This document shows positions 56,410-64,000 of a stretch of DNA of 64,000 bases, piece after piece. Each line of letters begins with the position of its first letter. Within the stretch, counting starts at the first letter, position 1. Origin of the DNA: Candidatus Latescibacterota bacterium (lineage in GTDB: Bacteria > Latescibacterota > UBA2968 > UBA8231); assembly GCA_965248355.1 (NCBI GenBank), contig OZ252098.1:3104001-3168000 (forward strand), in the 5' to 3' direction. The translations under genes were made by a program, and so were the position numbers. The notes under the pieces were generated by a model. It saw only the letters and a list, made by a program, of their open reading frames with translations. It ran no database searches and was not told where the DNA came from.

Positions 56410-56430
56410 AGGTGGCGAGCGGGCGCCGCG

Positions 56431-57936
56431 TCAGTCCTCGAACCAGATGGGACTGCTCCAGGCCATCTGGCCGTTCTCCTGGGTGACGCGCAGATAGCAG
56501 CAGGACGGCGTCTCGCCCTGGTCGATGAAGTGACCCTCCAGGGAGTAGAGCGCCTGGGGCAGGGCCCGATGAGCAACGATCCAGGTGGGCAGCCCGTCCA
56601 CCCGCCAGCCCCGGCGCCCCTGCAACAGCTCGCCGATGGTGAAGCCGGCTTGTGAACCGCCGAGCTGGCCGGTGAGGGTGAAGTCGGTGGCCGTGGCCAG
56701 CAGGCTCTTGCTGGTGCGGCAGTCGAAGTCGAGCCGGACCCGCGTCTCTTCCGTGCCCTCCACCTCCACGCACAGGGCGTCGTTGGCCCTGGGCGCCGTG
56801 GAGCCGTTGCGGGTGGTGAAGATCGAGCCGCGCGAGGTGTGGGACTGCCAGGCGCAGCTCGCCTCGTCCCGTTCGAGGACGCGCTTGCGCCGGACCTCGT
56901 CGAAGGGATCGGAGCTGAAGCAGGGCACGACCCGCGACAGCCGTCCGCCGTCGACCTGCAGCCGTCCCTGCCAGTCGTAGACCTGGTATCCCTTCATCGG
57001 CCCCCAGCCCCACTCGAAGCGCAGCCGGTAGGTCTGTGGTCCCGCAGCCGGCGCGCCGTAGTCGGGTGTCTCCAGGTGTACTGGAATGTTGTCGCGCACC
57101 ACTTCCACGCTCTTGAGCGTGTCCCAGCCCTCGACCCGGTAGTCGAGCCGGCGCTCCGCGGATCCGCTCACGGCCTCGCCCATCCAGGCCTCCCCGGCGC
57201 GGCAGAGCACCTCGATGCGGTCGCCGGTGACCGCCGTGGTCCGCCGCTTCCGCAAGGCGTCGAAGAGGGCGGCGCGGCTGTTCTCCGCCGCCCAGATCCC
57301 CGTCAGCCCCAGGCCGTAGCCGCCGGGGTAGCCGTCGTGGTTGTCGGTGCCGGCCACGAAGCCGAAGCGCTTGCCCAGGGCCAGTCCGTGCTGCACGGTG
57401 AACTGGTATCCGGCCGGCCCGCCGCTGTGGCCCAGCATGGGATGGAGGCCGGTGTCGCGCTCCGAGGAGCCGTGCTCGGAGAAGATCTCCACCACCGGCG
57501 ACAGGGACTCGTCGAAGCCCTCCCAGTCGACGCCGCGCTCGTAGGCGGTGTGATGGGGAACCAGGATCGCCTGCCGGACCCTGAAGTGGTCCTGCAGATC
57601 GGCCAGACTCCGCGCGCAGTACATGGACTCCATGTCATCGCAGGCGATCACGTGGAGGTGGCCCCAGGCCGAGGAGTGCCACTCGTAGGCGGGGAGGCAG
57701 GTGAACTCGCCGGGCCGGTCGTTCTCCCGGGCGGCCCGGCGGATCCGCTCCCAGTTGGCGACCACCACCGGGTAGCCGTCCGGGACGCCGCCGTCGGCGT
57801 GCAGCCCGTGGGGGGTGAAGGCGTAGAAGTCGAGGTGGGAACGGGCGATCTCGTAGCTGCGCTCGAGGCTTCCCTGGGCATAGCCCAGCTCGTTGTGGTT
57901 GTGCAGCTCGCCCCAGTACAGGTTCAGATCGGGCAT
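56431..57936 (-). CDS. DUF3604/PHP-like metallohydrolase
   Basis: YWGELHNH, EIFSEHG, GFVAGTDNHDG, RRTTAVTG, YLRVTQENGQMAWSSPIW. Confidence 0.8.
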   Translation of the reverse strand: MPDLNLYWGELHNHNELGYAQGSLERSYEIARSHLDFYAFTPHGLHADGGVPDGYPVVVANWERIRRAARENDRPGEFTCLPAYEWHSSAWGHLHVIACDDMESMYCARSLADLQDHFRVRQAILVPHHTAYERGVDWEGFDESLSPVVEIFSEHGSSERDTGLHPMLGHSGGPAGYQFTVQHGLALGKRFGFVAGTDNHDGYPGGYGLGLTGIWAAENSRAALFDALRKRRTTAVTGDRIEVLCRAGEAWMGEAVSGSAERRLDYRVEGWDTLKSVEVVRDNIPVHLETPDYGAPAAGPQTYRLRFEWGWGPMKGYQVYDWQGRLQVDGGRLSRVVPCFSSDPFDEVRRKRVLERDEASCAWQSHTSRGSIFTTRNGSTAPRANDALCVEVEGTEETRVRLDFDCRTSKSLLATATDFTLTGQLGGSQAGFTIGELLQGRRGWRVDGLPTWIVAHRALPQALYSLEGHFIDQGETPSCCYLRVTQENGQMAWSSPIWFED

Positions 57937-58025
57937 GTCGGTCTCCTCTTGACGGTTCCGGGCCACCGGGCGACGTTCTGCGCCCGCCCCGGCGAATATG
58001 CGGTAAACCTGAAGTGGTGAGGGAC

Positions 58026-60971
58026 ATGGTCTTTCTCGCTGGCTGCCTGTTCTTCCTCTCCGGCGCCGCCGCCCTGGCGTACGAGGTCGTGTGGGTGAAG
58101 CTCCTCACCCTCCAGTTCGGCAGCGCCGCGTGGTCGATCTCGACGGTGGTGGCCAGCTTCATGGCGGGTCTGGGGGCCGGAGGCGCATGGGCCGGCCGCC
58201 GCGCCGACCGCATCCGCAGGCCCCTGCGAGCGTATGCCCTTCTGGAACTGGGCATCGCCCTCTTCGGCGTCGTCTCGGTGCCCCTCCTGCGGAACATGGC
58301 GGGCATCCTCGATCCGCTCTACGGCCTCACCGACGGGTACTTCGCCCTCTACCTGCTGCTGCAGTTCCTCCTCTCCTTCGCCATGATGGCGGTGCCGACC
58401 TTCCTCATGGGCGCCTCCCTGCCCCTGCTCATCGTGGCGGTCACGGAGGAGGCGGCCTTCCGCCGGAGCGTCGCCCTCCTCTACGGAATCAACACCCTCG
58501 GGGCGGCGGTCGGAACCCTCGTGGCGGGACTCGTCCTGCTGCCCGTTCTCGGGATCTCCGACACGGTGTGGGTCGCCGTCGCCGCGGGCGTCCTGGTGGC
58601 CGCCGGGGGGTATCTCCTCGATCTCCGCATGGGCCCCCGGGAGGCGGCGGAGGAGGATCCCGGGCCGGTGGCCGGGGCGGCCGGGACCCCCCGGCTGCTG
58701 CTTGGCGCCGTGGCCATGGCCGGATGCCTGGGGCTGTTCTACCAGATCGCCTGGACGCGCCTGCTCATCCCGGTGGTGGGATCCTCGGTCTACGCCTTCA
58801 CCATCATCCTCACGACGGTCCTCCTCGGCATCGGCGCCGGCTCCCTGCTGGCCGCCGTCCCCTCCTTCCGGGAGAGCTCCTGCTGGCGGGCGGTGGCCGT
58901 CACCCTGGGGGTCGGCTCGTGCTCGGTCCTGGCGGGGCTGTTCGCGGTGAACGAGCTGCCGGCGATGTTCACGGCCATGGCCCAGGGCACGGGCGACCGC
59001 ACCTGGCTCCTCTTGCTCTCCCAAGGCGCCCTGGCGGCCTCCATCGTCCTCGTCCCCGCCTGCGCCATGGGGGCCGCGCTGCCGCTGGGCATCGCCGCGT
59101 GGCGGAACGAGGTGGGATCGAGAGGCTGGGCGGTGGGGGGCATGTACGCCGCCAACACCATCGGAGCCATCGTCGGCTCCGTGCTGGCGGGCTTCGTCCT
59201 GCTGCCGTGGCTCGGAGCGACGGAATTGATCCGCCTCGGAGCCGTCCTGGGCATGGTGGTCACCGTCGTCCTCCTCATGCTGGACCGCGCCAGCTCTCAA
59301 CGACAGCGGCTCGGCTGGGCGGGCCTCTTCGCCGCCATGGTCGCGGCCTTCGCCTTCACCCTGCCCCAGACCGACATAGTGAACCTCCAGCGGGGCGTCT
59401 TCCGCAGGCTCCAGGCCGGCGAGGAGCGCGCGCCGACAGGGAGCTTCCTGCTCTACGCGCGGGAGGGGACCAACGCCACGGTCACCGTCTTCCGCACGCC
59501 CAACTCCACCGTCCTCAAGGTCAACGGCAAGGCGGATGCCTCGACCGGCGGGGACATGGACTCCCAGTACCTGCTCGGGCACCTGCCGATGTTTCTCCAT
59601 CCAGAGCCGCGGGAGATCTGCATCATCGGCTACGGCAGCGGCGCCACGGTGTACGCCACCGCAACGCATCCGAACGTGACGGCCGTCGACGTGGTCGAGA
59701 TCGAGCAGGCGGTGCTCGATGCATCCGAATACTTCGACTCGATCAACCACGACATCCTCGAAGACGACCGGGTGAGACTCTACACGGAGGACGGGCGCAA
59801 CTTCCTCCGCCACCAACGGAAGACGTACGACGTCATCCTCTCCCAGCCTTCCAACCCCTGGATCGCGGGTATCAGTTCCCTCTTCACCTCCGAGTACTAC
59901 CGGGCCGCGTCGGAGCGGCTCAAGGCGGGTGGCCTCTTCTGTCAGTGGATGCAGGCGTACGAGACCTCCGCGGAGACGGTGGGCGTAGTCCTCCACACCC
60001 TGGCATCGGAGTTCCCCTACGTGGCGGTCTTCAAGGTCAACGACGACCTCATCTGCGTCGCTTCCCACTCGCCCATCGAAGGCTCCGCGCGGCGTTACGC
60101 GGAGCGCTTCTCCTTGCCGGCGGTGCGAAGCTCGCTGCGGCGAATCCGGATCGAGACCCCCTCCGACCTCTTTGCCACCGCCTTCCTGCGATTCCCGGAG
60201 AACGCGGACGCCTTCAGCTCGCCGATCACGAACACGGACGACAACCTCTGGCTGGAGTATCGGGCGCCCATCGAGATGTACCGGGGGACGCAAGAGAGCG
60301 TCGTGTCCATTACGGGCACCGATTACCTGCTCATGCTCCAACACCTGTTTCCCGAGCTGGACCTCCGGCAGATCGTCCTCGGAGTCGCCCGGAGCATCAC
60401 AACCAGACACTCTGTTCTGTGGTATGTCATACCGGCTTGGCAGGGGATGTTTGCGGAGGATGAGTCGTTGGCCCAGAGGCTCGCGGAACTCTCCGCCATG
60501 GCCGATTCGAGAAAGCGCGCCCTCGACGGCAACGAGGCACGGGAGAAGGCGGCGCTGCGCCTGATCAAGACGAAGCGCTACGCCGAGGCGATTCCCGTCT
60601 TCGAGGGCGTGCTCGCCATCGAGCCCCGGAAGGTCTCCGCCCATCGCATGCTCGCCTGGGCCCTGTCGAACACCGGCGACAAGAAGAGGGCGTGGCGGCA
60701 CTACGTAATGGCCGTCCAGCTCAATCCCGACGATTTCGAGGCCCTCACGAACATGGGGGCCATGGCCCTGTCGAGCGGTGTGGCCGAGGGGACGGAGATG
60801 CTGGACCGGGCGCTGGAGGCCAACCCGCACCACTTCACCGCCTGGCGGGTCTACGTCGAGTACCTGGTCGACCAGAAGCGGTACGAGCGGGCCCGGGAGC
60901 TGCTGCGCCGGGCCGGGGAGTCGATCGACGGGGACAGGCTGGCGGCCCTCAGGAGCAGGATCCCCGGCTGA
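58026..60971 (+). CDS. Fused MFS-like membrane/spermidine-synthase domain protein with C-terminal TPR
   Basis: SGAAALAYEVVW, LYGINTLGA, NGKADAS, IGYGSG, EDGRNFL, PSNPW, TDDNLWLE, then TPR helices. Confidence 0.9.
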   Translation: MVFLAGCLFFLSGAAALAYEVVWVKLLTLQFGSAAWSISTVVASFMAGLGAGGAWAGRRADRIRRPLRAYALLELGIALFGVVSVPLLRNMAGILDPLYGLTDGYFALYLLLQFLLSFAMMAVPTFLMGASLPLLIVAVTEEAAFRRSVALLYGINTLGAAVGTLVAGLVLLPVLGISDTVWVAVAAGVLVAAGGYLLDLRMGPREAAEEDPGPVAGAAGTPRLLLGAVAMAGCLGLFYQIAWTRLLIPVVGSSVYAFTIILTTVLLGIGAGSLLAAVPSFRESSCWRAVAVTLGVGSCSVLAGLFAVNELPAMFTAMAQGTGDRTWLLLLSQGALAASIVLVPACAMGAALPLGIAAWRNEVGSRGWAVGGMYAANTIGAIVGSVLAGFVLLPWLGATELIRLGAVLGMVVTVVLLMLDRASSQRQRLGWAGLFAAMVAAFAFTLPQTDIVNLQRGVFRRLQAGEERAPTGSFLLYAREGTNATVTVFRTPNSTVLKVNGKADASTGGDMDSQYLLGHLPMFLHPEPREICIIGYGSGATVYATATHPNVTAVDVVEIEQAVLDASEYFDSINHDILEDDRVRLYTEDGRNFLRHQRKTYDVILSQPSNPWIAGISSLFTSEYYRAASERLKAGGLFCQWMQAYETSAETVGVVLHTLASEFPYVAVFKVNDDLICVASHSPIEGSARRYAERFSLPAVRSSLRRIRIETPSDLFATAFLRFPENADAFSSPITNTDDNLWLEYRAPIEMYRGTQESVVSITGTDYLLMLQHLFPELDLRQIVLGVARSITTRHSVLWYVIPAWQGMFAEDESLAQRLAELSAMADSRKRALDGNEAREKAALRLIKTKRYAEAIPVFEGVLAIEPRKVSAHRMLAWALSNTGDKKRAWRHYVMAVQLNPDDFEALTNMGAMALSSGVAEGTEMLDRALEANPHHFTAWRVYVEYLVDQKRYERARELLRRAGESIDGDRLAALRSRIPG

Positions 60972-60989
60972 GGCCCCGCTTCGGTTGGT

Positions 60990-62159
60990 TCAGTTGTCCT
61001 CCACCGAGCCGTCCTCGTAGCGCAGCTCCGGACGCAGCATCGGCACGTAGGGGTGGGCGCGGGCCACCTCCTCGTTCAGCTCGAGTCCGAGGCCGGGGGT
61101 GTCGGGCAGCGTCACGAAGCCCTCCTCCACCTGGAACCTGTGCCCGAAGAACAGGTCGTCCCGCCAGTCGGTCTTCTCTCGGGAGGGATCGGCCTCGTAG
61201 CCCGCCATCTCCTGGATGACGCTGTTCGGGCAGTTCAGGCCCATGTGGATCTCGGCGGTGACTCCGACCCTGCTGTAGGTGATGTGGGGGGAGACCTGGA
61301 TGTACTGGGCCTCGGCCATGGCGGCGATCTTCTTGAACTCCGAGATGCCGCCGCAGTGGACGATGTCGGGGTTGAGGTAGCTCACCAGGCGTCTGGCGAT
61401 GATGTCCTGGAAGCCCCACTTGGTGAAGTTGCGCTCGCCCATGCACAGGGGCACGGTGGTGCGCTGGCTCAGCCATTCGAGGGCGTCGTTCGACCCCTCC
61501 ACCTGCATCGGTTCCTCGACCCAGAACGGGCGGTACGGCTCGATCGCCTTGCAGTACTCCAGGGCCATGGCCGGCGTCAAGCGGCCGTGGGCGTCGATGA
61601 GGATGTCGAAGTCCTCGCCCCCTTCGACCCGCATCTCCTCGACCAGGGCGACGGCCCGCTTCAGGTCCCAGGGCATGGGCACGGTGAGCGGGTCGCCGGC
61701 CCTGGTGACGGGCGGCCCCGTCTTGACGGCGTTGCACCCCATGCCGCGGGCGCGCTGCACCCCCGCCTTGCCGCCGCCGCCGGCGTAGATGCGGACCTTC
61801 TCCCGCGCGGCGCCCCCGAGGAGCTTGTAGATCGGCAGGCCCGCCACCTTGCCGAGGATGTCCCACAGGGCGATGTCGATGGCGCTCAGCGCGGTGCTGA
61901 AGAGGACCCCCACGTGCCAGCGGTTCCAGCGGTAGAGCCCCTGCCAGAGAAACTCGATGTCCGTGGGGTCCTTGCCGATGAGGTGGCCCTCGAGGTCGCG
62001 GATGCACTGGGCGATGGTGCCGGCCTTGTTGTCGCTGATCGAGCCTTCGCCAAGGCCGGTGATCCCCTCGTTGGTGTGGATCTTCACGAAGCAGCAGTTG
62101 CCTTCCACGAGGAAGGTCTCCACCGCCGTGATCCTTAGGCCCGGATACTTCGCGCTCAT
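60990..62159 (-). CDS. Galactonate dehydratase-like enolase-superfamily enzyme
   Basis: GITGLGE, SAIDIALWDILGK, IDAHGR, WVEEP, GER, PGLGLELNE. Confidence 0.9.
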   Translation of the reverse strand: MSAKYPGLRITAVETFLVEGNCCFVKIHTNEGITGLGEGSISDNKAGTIAQCIRDLEGHLIGKDPTDIEFLWQGLYRWNRWHVGVLFSTALSAIDIALWDILGKVAGLPIYKLLGGAAREKVRIYAGGGGKAGVQRARGMGCNAVKTGPPVTRAGDPLTVPMPWDLKRAVALVEEMRVEGGEDFDILIDAHGRLTPAMALEYCKAIEPYRPFWVEEPMQVEGSNDALEWLSQRTTVPLCMGERNFTKWGFQDIIARRLVSYLNPDIVHCGGISEFKKIAAMAEAQYIQVSPHITYSRVGVTAEIHMGLNCPNSVIQEMAGYEADPSREKTDWRDDLFFGHRFQVEEGFVTLPDTPGLGLELNEEVARAHPYVPMLRPELRYEDGSVEDN

Positions 62160-63226
62160 GTCACCCTCTCCTCCCGCCCCGACAGGGACGAACGGTACGC
62201 CGCGTCGAGGACCTCGACGCCGCGCATGGCCGCCTCCCCCGGAGCGTGGTTGACGTCGGTCCGGCCGGAGACGAGATCCACGAAGTTGGCCGGCGGCCCG
62301 GAGCACTCGTAGGCGCCTTCGCCGGGATCGAGGTCGAGGGACTCCCCCTCGCCGTCCTGGCGCGCCAGCTCCATGCGGGCGCGCTCGCAGTCGAGGAGCA
62401 GCATGCCCTCGTCGCCGAAGATGCGCAGGTCGACCTGGAAGCCGTGACCCGGGGGCACGTTGCCGGCCCCGGAGAGGCTGCCCACGGCCCCTCCCTCGAA
62501 GCGCACGGTCATGGCGTCGTAGAGCTCGACCTCGGCGCCGGGCCCGGACATGACCGCGAAGACCGAGGCCGCCCGCAGGCCGGTGAGCCAGAACAGCAGG
62601 CCCGAGGAGTGCGAGATCTGGGCGTGGCCGTAACCTCCCTCGGCGCGCGCCGGGTCGGCCCAGGTCGACGGGTCCGGGCCGAAGAGGCCGGACTCGGACC
62701 CGCCGCTCTCCTCGTCCAGGTCGGCCTTCTCGCCGGAGAGGAGCTGGCGGATGGGCGAGGCCATGTGGCAGAGGACGTACTCCACGGTGCCAACCCCGCC
62801 GCCATCCATCAGCTCCCGGGCCCGCTGCACGAAGGGCTTGTAGTGCCACCCGTAGGGGACCAGCAGGTGGAGGCCCTTCTCCCGGGCGCGCTCGACGAGC
62901 TGGCGGGCGTGGGCGGCGCGGGTCGTCATCGGCTTCTCGCACATCACGTGCAGGCCGGCGTCGAGGGCGGCCAAGGCGTGCTCGTGGTGCAAGGTGTGGG
63001 GAGAGGCCACGATCACCCCGTCCAGCTCGCAGTTGGCGAGCAGGTCGCGGTAGTCCTCGGTGGCGTAGGCGAAGCCGAAACGCTCCTGCACCTGCCCCAG
63101 CTCACGGGCCCCGAGGCGGCAGACGCCGGCCAACTCCACGTCGTCCCGGGCCGCCAGGATCGGCATGTGGTTGCTTGTGGCCCACCAGCCGGCGCCGATG
63201 AAGCCGAGTCTCACTTTCTCCGTCAT
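62156..63226 (-). CDS. Gfo/Idh/MocA oxidoreductase
   Basis: GFIGAGWWA, HVMCEKPM. Confidence 0.92.
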   Translation of the reverse strand: MTEKVRLGFIGAGWWATSNHMPILAARDDVELAGVCRLGARELGQVQERFGFAYATEDYRDLLANCELDGVIVASPHTLHHEHALAALDAGLHVMCEKPMTTRAAHARQLVERAREKGLHLLVPYGWHYKPFVQRARELMDGGGVGTVEYVLCHMASPIRQLLSGEKADLDEESGGSESGLFGPDPSTWADPARAEGGYGHAQISHSSGLLFWLTGLRAASVFAVMSGPGAEVELYDAMTVRFEGGAVGSLSGAGNVPPGHGFQVDLRIFGDEGMLLLDCERARMELARQDGEGESLDLDPGEGAYECSGPPANFVDLVSGRTDVNHAPGEAAMRGVEVLDAAYRSSLSGREERVT

Positions 63227-63390
63227 GGGTCCCTCCTGTTCGGGCCAGGCGACAATCTATCCCGCACCGGGACCCGGTCCAGTCGGGAGGCCCGGCCCTT
63301 GCCTGTGCTGGGTGGGGAGGACAGCTTTGGCCGCGCCCGTCGTCGCGGAGCCGTCCCCAACTGCAGAGTCGTCGAGAAGGAGGTATCCCC

Positions 63391-64000
63391 GTGAAGGCCA
63401 CGGTCAAGCTGGACATCGATCGCCGTGCCGGCGAGATCGACCGCCGCATCTTCGGCGGATTCCTGGAGCATCTCGGGCGCGCGGTCTACGGCGGCGTCTA
63501 CGACCCCGACAGCCCCCTGAGCGACGCCGACGGGTTCCGCACCGACGTGGCCGAGTCGCTGCGGGCGCTGGACATGCCGTGCGTCCGCTATCCGGGCGGC
63601 AACTTCGTGAGCAACTACGACTGGCGCGACGGCGTGGGGCCGCGGGAGGGGCGCCCCTCGCGGCCCGACTTCGCCTGGAAGAGCATCGAGCCGAACACCT
63701 TCGGCGTCGACGAGTTCGTGCGCTGGTGCCGGCGGATCGGCACCGAGCCGATGATGGCCGTCAACCTCGGGACCCTGGGACCCCGCGAGGCCGCCGACTT
63801 GGTGGAGTACTGCAACCTGGAAGGCGGCACCCACTGGTCCGACGCGAGGCGGGCCAACGGCAGCGCCGATCCGCACGCGGTGAGACTCTGGTGCCTGGGC
63901 AACGAGATGGACGGTCCCTGGCAGGCGGGGCACTGCCCGGCGCCCGAGTACGCCCGCAAGGCGCGCCAGACGGCCCGGCTCATGCGCGGGATCGACCCCT
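63391..64000 (+). CDS. abfA: Alpha-L-arabinofuranosidase GH51 (runs off right edge)
   Basis: SD AAGGAGGT; IFGGFLEHLGRAVYGG, RYPGGNF, WCLGNEMDGPWQ. Confidence 0.92.
   Translation, partial: MKATVKLDIDRRAGEIDRRIFGGFLEHLGRAVYGGVYDPDSPLSDADGFRTDVAESLRALDMPCVRYPGGNFVSNYDWRDGVGPREGRPSRPDFAWKSIEPNTFGVDEFVRWCRRIGTEPMMAVNLGTLGPREAADLVEYCNLEGGTHWSDARRANGSADPHAVRLWCLGNEMDGPWQAGHCPAPEYARKARQTARLMRGIDP

Overview
High-GC bacterial chromosome segment with about 45 intact CDS. The catabolic gene mix (phytanoyl-CoA dioxygenases, sulfatase, enolase-superfamily dehydratases, Gfo/Idh/MocA, aldo/keto reductases, GH51) plus a dockerin/YWTD-propeller surface protein resembles sponge-associated Latescibacterota/Gemmatimonadota-like genomes; this taxonomic placement is inference only. 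No tRNA, rRNA or CRISPR array was seen. Three AT-richer accessory segments interrupt the backbone. (i) 24741-26735 splits a DHDPS-family gene and carries a Lys-rich small protein, a DUF2806-like fragment and a decayed IS4. (ii) About 32124-33113 carries a HEPN-like gene between two diverged copies of an isomerase promoter/5' end. (iii) 45813-53620 is a decaying, translationally coupled defence operon (type IIG/N6-MTase remnant, XRE-ImmA, DUF4411 PIN, PLD-SNF2 helicase, MNT, HEPN) hit by ISL3 and ISAzo13. The top finding is at 44747-44913: a near-consensus sigma70 promoter, a 20-codon Asn/Asp-rich leader peptide (MNNNPTKTGDNNPPDLLRVF), a competing antiterminator helix and an intrinsic terminator directly upstream of an aspS remnant. 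This is a candidate ribosome-stalling attenuator sensing Asn/Asp-tRNA. Other unannotated signals: a duplicated ECF promoter block (27.5 kb and 53.7 kb), two sigma54 promoters (one with tandem enhancer-like sites before comM, one before two unannotated small membrane peptides) and LacI-type operators.
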